Source of the DNA: an uncultured Actinomycetota bacterium
GTDB taxonomy: Bacteria; Actinomycetota; Actinomycetes; Propionibacteriales; Nocardioidaceae
Length of the DNA: 64,000 nucleotides
Assembly (NCBI GenBank): GCA_963723875.1
Contig: CAVRSN010000012.1
Coordinates: forward strand, 24,673 to 88,672
Direction of reading: 5' to 3'
Below are positions 35,884 through 44,930 of the stretch, piece after piece. The translations under genes were made by a program, and so were the position numbers. Each line of letters starts with the position of its first letter. Positions within the stretch are counted from its first letter, which is position 1. The notes under the pieces were generated by a model. That model did no database searches. It was given only the letters and a program-made list of their open reading frames with translations, and was not told where the DNA came from.

Positions 35884-36615
35884 TCAAGCGGTGAGCCCAC
35901 CGTCGGCCACGATCACCTGACCGGTGATGTAGTCCTGCTCGGGCGCGGTCAGGAACTGGACGACGCGAGCGATGTCCGCGGGTTCGCCCAGTCGTCCGGC
36001 CGGCGTACGACGCACGATCTGCTCGAGCTGTTCCTCGTCGAGCCCGTGGGACATCTCGGTGCGGAGGTAGCCCGGCGCCACCGAGTTGACGGTGATCCCG
36101 CGTGAGCCGAGCTCACGCGCCAGGGCCCGGGTCATGCCGTCGAGGGCGGCCTTGGTGGCGCTGTAGACAACCAGGCCGCGGTAGCCGGACAGCCCCACGA
36201 TCGACGACACGTTGACGATGTGGCCGCGGCCGCCGGACAGCATCCGACGCACCACCAGCTTGGTCATCTGCAGCGTCCCCTTGAGGTTCAGGTCCACCAC
36301 GGTGTCCACGTCGTCGTCGTCCGCGAGCGCGATGACGCCGTCGCGGGCCACGCCGGCGTTGTTGACCAGTACGTCGACGCCGCCCCACCGCTCCACGACC
36401 GCCTTGACGAACGCCGCGCAGGACGGCCGGTCGGCCAGGTCGACCTCCTGGAAGAGGAACCGGTCGGGTGCCTCGGCCTCCCAGCGCGCCACCTCGTCGG
36501 TGCGCGAGCGGGCGCACGTCGCGACCCGGTCGCCGGAGTCGAGGTACGACTGCACGATGCCGGCCCCGAGGCCGCGGCTCCCGCCGGTGACGATGACAAC
36601 GCGACTCTCGGTCAT
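35884..36615 (-). CDS. Short-chain dehydrogenase/reductase (FabG-like)
   Basis: TGGSRGLGAG (TGxxxGxG) and YSATKAAL (YxxxK). The ATG overlaps the upstream stop (ATGA). Confidence 0.85.
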   Translation of the reverse strand: MTESRVVIVTGGSRGLGAGIVQSYLDSGDRVATCARSRTDEVARWEAEAPDRFLFQEVDLADRPSCAAFVKAVVERWGGVDVLVNNAGVARDGVIALADDDDVDTVVDLNLKGTLQMTKLVVRRMLSGGRGHIVNVSSIVGLSGYRGLVVYSATKAALDGMTRALARELGSRGITVNSVAPGYLRTEMSHGLDEEQLEQIVRRTPAGRLGEPADIARVVQFLTAPEQDYITGQVIVADGGLTA

Positions 36616-37964
36616 GGGGTCCGTCCCCGCAGCAGCTTGCCGCCGTGCGTGTCCAGGGTGTCGACGAAGGTGATGCTGCGCGGCCGGTGCGCAGGCGGGT
36701 CCTCGGCGAACTCCTCGCGGATGGCGGCATCCACGGCCTCGGCGTCCGTGCCGTCGGCCAGGACGACGTCGAGCGCGACCACCTGGCCGACCAGGGCATT
36801 GGCCCGGCCGTGCACGTGGGCGAGCGCGACGCCCGGCACGTGGGCGACACGATCCTCGATCGGCAGGGGGTGCACCTTGATGCCGCCGACGTTGATGACC
36901 TCCGACGCGCGGCCGCGGAACTGGATGCGGTCGCCGACCACCTCGACGAGGTCACCCGATGCCCGCCAGCCGTCGTCGGGCACCGGCTCGTCGTCGTAGT
37001 AGCCGAGCATCGAGGAGCGCGAGCGGACCCACAGCTCGCCGTCGACGATCCGGAACTCGGCCTCGCCGTCGGACGCGTCGAGGACGCTGACGGGCAGCCC
37101 GACCTCGCCGTCGCGGACGCTGATGCTGAGCCCCATCTCGGTGGCCGCGTAGAGCTGGGAGATGTGGGCTCGCGGGAACGTCGCGCGGAGCGCCTCGACC
37201 ACCGCGGACGGCACCGCCTCACCACCCAGGGTCACCTGCTCGAGAGCTGGCGCGGGCTCGCCGTCGGTGCGGAGCTCGGCGAGCAGGAACCGCCAGAACG
37301 TCGGCGTTCCACTGGCGTGCGTGACGCCGAAGCGGCGCATCGCCTCGAGGCCGTCGCGCGGCTGGAACGACGTGCCGGCGGCCAGGGTGGCGCGGGCCGC
37401 GGCCACGTGCAGCAGCATCTGCAGTCCGGCGAACTGGTTGGGCGCGTAGGCCAGCAGCCAGCGCTGCTCGGGGGTGGGATGGATGCGCAGCGTCACGCGG
37501 AGGATGCGGGACCAGTCGTGGCGGGCGGCCTGGGGCCGGCCGGTCGTCGTTCCGGAGGTGAGCACCAGCAGCGGACGCGGTCCGTCGGGGACCGGCCCGG
37601 TGTCGCGCTCGGCGCCGACCCACAGCTCTTCGGGCCGAAGCAGCCCCGCGCCGGGCAGGTCGCGCGGCGTGACCAGCAGCTCGTGGCCCAGTCGGTCGCG
37701 CAGCTCGGCCACGGTCTCGTCGGTGGCGGCCACCGGGTAGAGGCACGACTCCACCCCGGCCAGGGAGCACGCGGCGAGCAGGGCCCAGACCGTCGCGTGG
37801 TCCGGGTCGAGCACGGCCAGGCGCTGGACTCCGCGGGCCCGAAGCGCGGCGGCGGCGGTCTCGGCGCGGGCGACCAGCTCGTCGTACGTCGTCACGCCGG
37901 CGGCGCTCGCCAGCGCGACGCGATGAGGCGCCTCCTCCGCGGCCGCGCGGAGCAGCTCGATCAT
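36612..37964 (-). CDS. AMP-dependent synthetase/ligase (adenylate-forming enzyme)
   Basis: LTSGTTTGRPQA (AMP-binding core), GDLVEV..., GRASEVINVGGIKVHP. The start is ATG 37964. Confidence 0.8.
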   Translation of the reverse strand: MIELLRAAAEEAPHRVALASAAGVTTYDELVARAETAAAALRARGVQRLAVLDPDHATVWALLAACSLAGVESCLYPVAATDETVAELRDRLGHELLVTPRDLPGAGLLRPEELWVGAERDTGPVPDGPRPLLVLTSGTTTGRPQAARHDWSRILRVTLRIHPTPEQRWLLAYAPNQFAGLQMLLHVAAARATLAAGTSFQPRDGLEAMRRFGVTHASGTPTFWRFLLAELRTDGEPAPALEQVTLGGEAVPSAVVEALRATFPRAHISQLYAATEMGLSISVRDGEVGLPVSVLDASDGEAEFRIVDGELWVRSRSSMLGYYDDEPVPDDGWRASGDLVEVVGDRIQFRGRASEVINVGGIKVHPLPIEDRVAHVPGVALAHVHGRANALVGQVVALDVVLADGTDAEAVDAAIREEFAEDPPAHRPRSITFVDTLDTHGGKLLRGRTP

Positions 37965-37971
37965 GGGGAGG

Positions 37972-38223
37972 TCATGGGGTGGGGGCGGCCTCGTAGAACG
38001 ACAGCACGTCACCCACGGTCTGGGGCAGGTCGCCGCCCGCCGAGAACGGGTCGCGGCCGTAGGTGTCCTCCAGTACGACGGACAGCTCGGCCGCCTCTAG
38101 CGAGTCGAGCGCGAGACCGTCGCCGAAGAGCGCCAGGTCGTCGGGCAGCTCGTCGCGCCCCTTCTTCACTCGCACCAGGAAGTCGCTGACGGTCTGACGC
38201 ACGGTGGTCGGGTCGCTGCTCAC
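37972..38223 (-). CDS. Acyl carrier protein
   Basis: 83 aa with the phosphopantetheine-site context GDGLALDSLEAAELSVVLE. The start is GTG 38223 after AGGAAG. The rest of track ORF 37972..38988 is non-coding-like. Confidence 0.75.
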   Translation of the reverse strand: MSSDPTTVRQTVSDFLVRVKKGRDELPDDLALFGDGLALDSLEAAELSVVLEDTYGRDPFSAGGDLPQTVGDVLSFYEAAPTP

Positions 38224-38286
38224 GGGACTTCCTGTCGAGTCGGGCCTGTCGGGGGCGCGGGTCGGCGCAAGTATCGCGCAGCCGGG

Positions 38287-39021
38287 GTGTTGACGAGGGG
38301 GCAAACGAGCGGGACAGCGGATGGCTACGATCCCCGGGTGCAGCTCGTCTGGGCGCTCCTGGTCTGCTACCTGCCGTCGCCCTTGGCGCGGCGGGTGGCG
38401 CGGGTCGCCCTGCGCTGGGACATCCACCCCACGGCGTACCTCGGACGGAGCCTGATCCGGGTCGGCCACGTGAGCATGGGGCCTCGCACGACCATCGGGC
38501 CGCGCAACAACATCCGCGGCCTCGCCGAGCTGCGGATGGCCGAGGACAGCAACATCGCCACAAGGAACTCGATCACGGCGTTCCCCAAGGCGGCCGAGCT
38601 GTCGCAGGATGTCTTCCCCCACTCGCCGAACCGCGAGCCGGTGCTGATCCTCGGCGTCGGCGCCAAGGTGACCGACAACCACGAGATCGACTGCTCCGAC
38701 CGGGTCGAGCTGGGCCGGCATGCGGCGTTGGCCGGGTTCGCCTCCCAGGTGCTCACCCACAGCCTCAACCTGGTCACTGACCGGCAGACCACCGGCGCGG
38801 TGGTGCTGGGAGATCACTGCGCGGTGATGTCGGGCTGCATCCTGCAGAGCGGCACCAACGTGCCGGCGCGGGCGATCATCTCGGCCGGCTCGGTGGTCAC
38901 CACCCGGCTGACCACGGAGCAGGCTCTCTACCGCGGCAACCCCGCCGAGCTGGTGCGCGAGCTGCCCGACCACCTCGCCTACTTCCACCGCGGGGAAGAA
39001 GACACCGACGGCGATCGTTGA
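38287..39021 (+). CDS. Left-handed beta-helix (hexapeptide-repeat) acyltransferase
   Basis: Hexapeptide-type repeats (IGPRNNIRGLAELRMAEDSNIATRNSI..., VVLGDHCAVMSGCILQSGTNVPARAIISAGSVV). It is divergent from the ACP operon. An alternative start is GTG 38338. Confidence 0.7.
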   Translation: MLTRGQTSGTADGYDPRVQLVWALLVCYLPSPLARRVARVALRWDIHPTAYLGRSLIRVGHVSMGPRTTIGPRNNIRGLAELRMAEDSNIATRNSITAFPKAAELSQDVFPHSPNREPVLILGVGAKVTDNHEIDCSDRVELGRHAALAGFASQVLTHSLNLVTDRQTTGAVVLGDHCAVMSGCILQSGTNVPARAIISAGSVVTTRLTTEQALYRGNPAELVRELPDHLAYFHRGEEDTDGDR

Positions 39022-39028
39022 GACACGC

Positions 39029-39478
39029 GTGAGCAGCGGGGTCTACGTCGTGCTGGGCGCGGTCGTCCTCGCCCTGGTCGCGGGCGGCACCTTGGCCCTG
39101 CGCAACGGCCGGTTCCGCGGCACCCACGCCGTCCGCGGCGCCAGTGGCGCCGCCGAGGAGCGGCCGGCCTCGGTGCTGGACGGCTCGCCGTGGGAGGCGG
39201 AGCTCGGCGAGCGGGCGACGCTGCTGCAGTTCTCCTCAGCGTTCTGCGCGCCCTGCCGGTCGACCCGGCGGATCCTCAGCGACATCGCCGGTCAGGTCGA
39301 CGGCGTCACCCACATCGAGGTCGACGCCGAGCACCATCTCGACGTCGTACGCCGCCTCGGCATCCTGCGCACACCGACCACGCTGGTGCTCGACGCCGCC
39401 GGGCACGAGGTGGTGCGGGCGTCCGGGGCGCCGACCAAGGCGCAGGTCTACGACGCGCTGGCCTCCGCACTTCCCTGA
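39029..39478 (+). CDS. Membrane-anchored thioredoxin-like protein (ThiX-like)
   Basis: N-terminal TM VYVVLGAVVLALVAGGTLAL, the CxxC motif FCAPC, and a thioredoxin-fold remainder. Confidence 0.7.
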   Translation: MSSGVYVVLGAVVLALVAGGTLALRNGRFRGTHAVRGASGAAEERPASVLDGSPWEAELGERATLLQFSSAFCAPCRSTRRILSDIAGQVDGVTHIEVDAEHHLDVVRRLGILRTPTTLVLDAAGHEVVRASGAPTKAQVYDALASALP

Positions 39479-39517
39479 GCCTCCGTGACACCCGGCTGCC
39501 TCTGCCGTTGACTTGCC

Positions 39518-40789
39518 GTGTTGACGGCGACGGGAGAGCAGGTGACGACCGAGGGCTCGTCTGCGGGTCGCCGACTGCGCACGATCACCGTCGACCAGGC
39601 GATCTCCAGCGCGTCCAACGTGCTGGTCTCGATCCTCGCTGCCCGGACGCTCGGGGTGTCGGACTTCGGCTGGTTCGGTCTCGTGCTGATCACCTACGTC
39701 GCGACCCAGGGCGCCGCCCGGGCCCTGGTCGGTGAGCCCCTCCTGGTGCGGCCGGCCGAGGCGGAGAGCCGCCCTGGTGAGGCGATGGGAACCGGCCTGG
39801 TGCTCGCCGCCGGCATCGCCGTCCTGGTGGTCGCCGCCGGGCTGGTCACCTCGCTCGCGCAGCGCGACCTCGGGCTGGGGCTGGTCGCGCTGGGCGCCTT
39901 CATCCCGCTGATCTTCCTGCAGGACCTCGGCCGCTATCTCGCGTTCGCGACGCACCGTCCCGGCCGGGCGCTGGTGCTCGACCTGACGTGGCTCGGCCTG
40001 CTGGTGGTCGCGGTCGGCGCGGTGCTGGCCACCGGCTCGGAGAGCCTGGTCCTCTTCGTGGTCGCGTGGGCCGGCTCCGGTGCCGTGGCCGGGCTGCTGA
40101 CGCCGATGCTCCACCGCCAATCCAGAGTCAAGCTCGGGCTCGGGTGGCTGCGGGAGACCTGGCCCTTCTCATGGCGCTACGCGCTGTCCTTCGCCTCGAT
40201 GCAGTCGGCCTCCCTGGGCGCCTCGGTCGCCATCGTCGGCATCGCGGGCTCGCGGGCGCTGGGTGCGGTGCGGGGCGCCCTGCTGCTGCTCGGCCCGTTC
40301 ACCCAGTTCCAGGCCGCGGCGATCGCGGCAGGGGTGGCCGAGGTGTCGCGGATGCAGGCCGGCGCCGCCGCGGTGGCCCGGCACGTGCGGCGTACGACGA
40401 CGCTGACGGCCGGCGTCGCGGTCGCGAACGCCGTGGTCCTCCTCCTGCTCCCCGACGCGCTCGGCCGCCTCGTGCTCGGCGCGACGTGGGAGCCGACCGA
40501 GCGGCTGCTGTGGCCCGCCTGCGTGCAGATGGTGATGCTCGGCCTGATCAGCGGGGTGCGCTCGGCGCTGCTCGGGCTCAAGGTGGTGCGCACGACCACG
40601 ACTCTCGACATCGTCGGGACGGTGATCACCCTGGGCGCGACCGTGGTCGGCGCCTTCGTCAACGGATCCCTCGGGGCCTTCTGGTTCCTCGCCGCCGGGC
40701 AGGCGGTGGTTGCCATCATGTGGTGGGCCACCTACCTGGCCCGGTCCCACCGCCCCACCGTCGAGACGAGCGAGCAACAACTGTGCTGA
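39518..40789 (+). CDS. Polysaccharide/oligosaccharide flippase (Wzx/MOP superfamily)
   Basis: 423 aa with 12 or more predicted TM helices and the N-terminal motif AISSASNVLVSILAAR typical of polysaccharide biosynthesis (Wzx-like) proteins. Confidence 0.75.
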   Translation: MLTATGEQVTTEGSSAGRRLRTITVDQAISSASNVLVSILAARTLGVSDFGWFGLVLITYVATQGAARALVGEPLLVRPAEAESRPGEAMGTGLVLAAGIAVLVVAAGLVTSLAQRDLGLGLVALGAFIPLIFLQDLGRYLAFATHRPGRALVLDLTWLGLLVVAVGAVLATGSESLVLFVVAWAGSGAVAGLLTPMLHRQSRVKLGLGWLRETWPFSWRYALSFASMQSASLGASVAIVGIAGSRALGAVRGALLLLGPFTQFQAAAIAAGVAEVSRMQAGAAAVARHVRRTTTLTAGVAVANAVVLLLLPDALGRLVLGATWEPTERLLWPACVQMVMLGLISGVRSALLGLKVVRTTTTLDIVGTVITLGATVVGAFVNGSLGAFWFLAAGQAVVAIMWWATYLARSHRPTVETSEQQLC

Positions 40790-41421
40790 CCTTCCTTCGC
40801 TGGCTGCGGCACGCGCTGCGGCGCGCCCATGACGCCGTGCTCGAGCCGAGCTATGCCCAGCAGCGGCGGCTGATGAAGGCCGGCCGGATGACGGTGGGCC
40901 GTCACAGCTACGGCATCCCGGTCATCAAGACCTACACGCACGACACCACGAAGCTGACCATCGGCGCCTACTCCGCGGTCTCGGAGACCTCGATCGTGAT
41001 GCTCGGGGGCGAGCACGCCGTCGACCGGGTCACGACGTTCCCCCTCCGGATCACCCTGAAGCTGCCCGGAGCGGGAGAGGACGGCATCCCCGTCAAGACC
41101 GGCGACACCGTCATCGGCAACGACGTGTGGGTCACCCAGCGCACCTTCGTCAGGAGCGGCGTCACCATCGGCGACGGCGCGATCGTGGCCGCCGGAGCTG
41201 TCGTCATCAACGACGTGCCGCCGTACGCGATCGTCGGCGGCAACCCCGCCAAGGTGATCCGCTACCGGTTCAGCCCCGAGCAGATCGAGGCGCTGCTCGA
41301 GATCCGCTGGTGGGACTGGCCCGAAAAGCTGGTCGTCGAGGCGACGCCGCTGCTCTGCGGCACCGACATCGACGCGTTCATCGACTGGGCGCGCGAGCGT
41401 CAGCCGGACTTGCGCCAGTAG
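40783..41421 (+). CDS. Hexapeptide acetyltransferase (Vat/CatB-like O-acetyltransferase)
   Basis: IGNDVWVTQRTFVRSGVTIGDGAIVAAGAVVINDVPPYAIVGGNPAKVIRYRF. The GTG start overlaps the end of the flippase gene. Confidence 0.75.
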   Translation: MLTFLRWLRHALRRAHDAVLEPSYAQQRRLMKAGRMTVGRHSYGIPVIKTYTHDTTKLTIGAYSAVSETSIVMLGGEHAVDRVTTFPLRITLKLPGAGEDGIPVKTGDTVIGNDVWVTQRTFVRSGVTIGDGAIVAAGAVVINDVPPYAIVGGNPAKVIRYRFSPEQIEALLEIRWWDWPEKLVVEATPLLCGTDIDAFIDWARERQPDLRQ

Positions 41422-42272
41422 GCGCCGAACTCGTCGATCGTGACGATCTCGTCGGTGATCCCGTGCGCGTCGCGGTAGTCGTGGATCGCCCTGCCCGCCT
41501 GCGACGCGTGGCTGCCGAAGTCGTCGATGATGCAGAACCCGCCGGGGGAGAGCTTGGGGTAGAGCGGCTCGATGGCCTGGATCGTCGACTCGTACATGTC
41601 GCCGTCGAGGCGCATCAGCGACAGCTGCTCCACCGGCGCGGTGGGCAGGGTGTCCTTGAACCAGCCGACGAGGAACCGGACCCGGTCGTCCAGCAGCCCG
41701 TAGCGCTCGAAGTTGTGCCGGACCTGGTCGGCGCCGACGGCCAGGCCGGTCTGCTTGTGGAGGGTGTCGCCCTCGTCGGCGGGGTAGAGCGCGGCGTTCG
41801 GCTTGGGTAGCCCCTCGAAGGAGTCGGCCAGCCAGACGGTCCGGGAGGTGTCGCCCCATGCGCGGAGGTTCGCCTTCATGAAGATGCAGGCACCGCCGCG
41901 CCAGACCCCGGTCTCGATCAGGTCGCCCGGCACGTCGTCCGCGACGATCTGCGAGATGCACTCCTGGATGTTCGTCATCCGACGCAGCCCGATCATCGAC
42001 TCCGCGCGCGACGGCCAGTCCAGCCCGCTCTCGCGCAGCGAGTGGTCGTAGGGCTTCTTGACCGCGATCTCGATGTTGGCCTTCTGGGCGAGGTCGCCGA
42101 CCGCTCCGGCGACCCGCTTCTTGAACGACGGCGAGCCGGCGGTGCGGACGCCGCCGAGGATCGAGTCGTTGTCCTCGGCGAGCGCGCCCGTGAGGCTGCG
42201 CTTCACGAGATCGAGGTAGAGCGAGCGCAGCTCACTGCTGAGCGTCAGCGAGTCAGTGATTGAGTCGAGCAC
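41400..42272 (-). CDS. TylF/MycF-family (macrocin-type) O-methyltransferase
   Basis: GDLIETGVWRGGACIFM, WLADSFEGLP and MRLDGDMYEST. The start is GTG 42272 (VLDSITDS). Confidence 0.8.
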   Translation of the reverse strand: MLDSITDSLTLSSELRSLYLDLVKRSLTGALAEDNDSILGGVRTAGSPSFKKRVAGAVGDLAQKANIEIAVKKPYDHSLRESGLDWPSRAESMIGLRRMTNIQECISQIVADDVPGDLIETGVWRGGACIFMKANLRAWGDTSRTVWLADSFEGLPKPNAALYPADEGDTLHKQTGLAVGADQVRHNFERYGLLDDRVRFLVGWFKDTLPTAPVEQLSLMRLDGDMYESTIQAIEPLYPKLSPGGFCIIDDFGSHASQAGRAIHDYRDAHGITDEIVTIDEFGAYWRKSG

Positions 42273-42329
42273 AGTGTGACAACGCCGACCGGGCCGGGCC
42301 GTTACTGTGCACGCGTGCCGGAGCAGCGG

Positions 42330-43536
42330 ATGGCCTACTGCACCATCCTGTCCACCAACTACCTCGCCAAGGCGCTCACGCTCGCGAACACCCTCCAGCG
42401 GCACCATCCGGGGACCCGGCTGACCGTCCTGGTCATCGACTCCGCCGACGCGGCGCACCTCGCCGCGATCCAGCAGCCCGGCGTCGACATCGTCGGCACC
42501 GACGTCCTCGGGCTGCCGCACCGCGACGTGCTCAGGCTCGCCACGATCTACGACCTCGTCGAGCTGGCCACCGCCGTCAAGCCGCTGCTGCTCAAGGCCC
42601 TCCTCGGGGGTGCAGAGCAGGCGGCGTACCTCGACCCGGACACCTACGTCACCAGCCCGATGGCCGAGCTCTCACCCGACCTCGAGGCGACCGACGGCGG
42701 GATCCTGCTCACGCCGCACTTCCTCGACCCGGTGCCGCCGGGCGCGGAGCTCACCGAGGGCCACCTGCTCACCGTCGGTGTCTACAACCTGGGGTTCTGC
42801 GCGGTGGACCGGCGGGCGCGGCCCTTCCTCGACTGGTGGTGGGGGCACCTCAAGGACGAGTGTCTGTGGGACCCGCTGTCGGGGCTGTTCGTCGACCAGA
42901 AGTGGTGCGACATCGGGTCGGTGACGTTCCGGGCCGGCGCGTGGCGGCACCGGGGCTACAACGTCAGCGTGGCCAACCTGCACGAGCGGCCCATCGTCCT
43001 CGACGACTGCCGGCTACGGCATCGCCGGTGCTGAGTCTGGTCAGGCTGGAGATCGCCTTCGGTTGTTCCACTTCCACGCCTTCGACACCAGTCGCCCCGA
43101 GGAGCTCTCGACTCGACTCGCCACCTCGACCGCGCACCTGCGCACCGAGGGCACCGCGATCGACCAGCTCTGCCGGGAGTACGCCGACGCGCTGATCGCG
43201 CACGAGCAGGCACTCCCCGCGCCGATGGCCTACCCCTACTGGACCGACACCCGTGGCCGCCGGGTGTCGCGCCAGCTGCGCCGTGCCTGGCGGATCGAGG
43301 AGCGCCGCACCTCCGACCAGCTCCCGTCGCCGTTCCTGCCCGACGAGGCCGCGGCGTACGACGCCTGGCGCCGCCGGGCCCTCAAGACCGAGGCCCGGGA
43401 GCTGATGGGCGACGCGGTCAAGAGCGCCCGCCTCGCCCTCCCCGAAGAGTACGGCCGCCTCCGCAACCGCTTCCCCCGCCTCGTCGGCGCCCTCCGCGGC
43501 AGGGCCACCGGGAACGCCGACGGCATCTGGAAGTAG
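42330..43536 (+). pseudogene. GT-A fold (GT8-like) glycosyltransferase, apparently frameshifted near 43008
   Basis: The N-terminal part (MAYCTILSTNYLAKAL...GYNVSVANLHERPIVLDD) stops at 43034. The continuation (GYGIAGAESGQAGDRLRLFHFHAFDTSRPEELS...) is open in the +1 frame from about 43009 and runs to 43536. Confidence 0.6.
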
Positions 43537-43553
43537 CCGTTCGGCCCGGGTCG

Positions 43554-43685
43554 GGGGAGCGGTGGCTGAGCAACGTCTATCCCCGTGGAGAGCGGGTGCT
43601 GACCCACCGCCGCTGCTGGCCCGACCAGGGGAGCGGTGGCTGGGCAACGTCTGTCCCCGTGGAGAACGGTTGCTAGCCCACCGCC
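43554..43685. repeat. Tandem duplicate of a 58-bp stem-loop-forming unit (74-bp period)
   Basis: 43554..43611 reads GGGGAGCGGTGGCTGAGCAACGTCTATCCCCGTGGAGAGCGGGTGCTGACCCACCGCC. 43628..43685 matches it at about 52 of 58 positions. GCGGTGG/CCACCGC closes each unit. Confidence 0.9.
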
Positions 43686-43694
43686 CCCCCAGGA

Positions 43695-44930
43695 TCAGCC
43701 ACCCATCAGACGATCCAGAGAGGCGAGAACGCGGGAAGGAGGGATCGAGATGTCTCGCAGGACGCCGGTCATGGGACGGCGTTCGGAGGAGGAGATCTCA
43801 GGGGGAGTGCCGGCGACGAGGTAGTGGTAGCGGGCGTCGGGGACGGCGTCGGTGATGGCCCAGTAGCAGGGGTTCACGTAGTCGGGTGCGAACAGCTCGA
43901 GCACGCGTACGCCGGGGCGGGCGAAGACCAGGTTCGCCAGGGCAGCGCCGTGCGGCGCGACGATCACCTCGGCAGCGGCGAACCGGTCGATCTGCTCCCG
44001 CACCGGGACCGTGCCCGGGTCGAGGCGGGCGAAGCCGCGCTCCTCGAGCGCCGGCCACAGGTCGGGCTCCTCGACGTACCGCCGCGTGTTGGGGGTGGAG
44101 CCGCGGGTGACGTAGAGCCCGGTGCTGTACGAGCTCAGGTCGGGCGACGCGGGCAGGCGGGCGCGCAGCCAGTCGACGACCCAGTGCGGCGCCATCAGGT
44201 CCTGGTTCGGCGTCGACGGGACGAGCAGCCGCTCCGGCGCCAGGCAGGCGTGCTTCTCGACCTCGACCACCGGCAGCCCGTCCAGCCCGACCAGCTCCAG
44301 CAGCTGTCGCTGGTACGACGCCCGGGTGCCCAGGTAGACCGCGTCCACGTCGGTGCCAGGCAGCGCCTCCTCGAAGATCCCCCACCGAGGCAGGAGGTCG
44401 GTGAGGAAGTGGTAGTAGTTCGTGGTCGTCCCGCGGGTGGCCAGTGACAGCAGCGTCCCCGGGACCGGCCGCGGCTCGGGCAGCCGCGGGCGCAGGAACA
44501 GCGGGTGCTCGCGCCAGCCCGAGATCCCGAAGTAGCCACTGGTCTCGTAGTCCAGGACCATCCGACCAGCAGGGCCCGGCGCCACGGTCGCGGCGTAGTC
44601 ACCGACGAGCAGGCCGTCGCGCACCTCGAGGACGTAGCGCGCCGAGACCGTGCGGTGCAGCCACGGCTCGAACGCCGCATGCCCTGCGGGCTCGCCGAAG
44701 GGCATCGCCCGGACCAGCTCCTCGGCGGGCCCGCCCTGGTGCACGGTGACGTGCTCCGGGTCCTGCGCCGCGGTGTCCGCGGACCGCTCGGTCGCCCGGG
44801 TCGGCAGCGCGCGCCGGCCCGAGATCCGCGACGTACGACGGAACACCACCCCCAGCACGCCGGTCGCCGCCCGGTGCAGGCGCTTGACCAGCGGCCACAG
44901 ACCCTGCAGCCGGCGCGGCAACCGGCTCAC
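43695..44930 (-). CDS. GT61/DUF563-family glycosyltransferase
   Basis: TTNYYHFLTDLLPRWG and VIVAPHGAALANLVFARPG. The GTG start overlaps the upstream stop (GTGA). Confidence 0.7.
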   Translation of the reverse strand: MSRLPRRLQGLWPLVKRLHRAATGVLGVVFRRTSRISGRRALPTRATERSADTAAQDPEHVTVHQGGPAEELVRAMPFGEPAGHAAFEPWLHRTVSARYVLEVRDGLLVGDYAATVAPGPAGRMVLDYETSGYFGISGWREHPLFLRPRLPEPRPVPGTLLSLATRGTTTNYYHFLTDLLPRWGIFEEALPGTDVDAVYLGTRASYQRQLLELVGLDGLPVVEVEKHACLAPERLLVPSTPNQDLMAPHWVVDWLRARLPASPDLSSYSTGLYVTRGSTPNTRRYVEEPDLWPALEERGFARLDPGTVPVREQIDRFAAAEVIVAPHGAALANLVFARPGVRVLELFAPDYVNPCYWAITDAVPDARYHYLVAGTPPEISSSERRPMTGVLRDISIPPSRVLASLDRLMGG

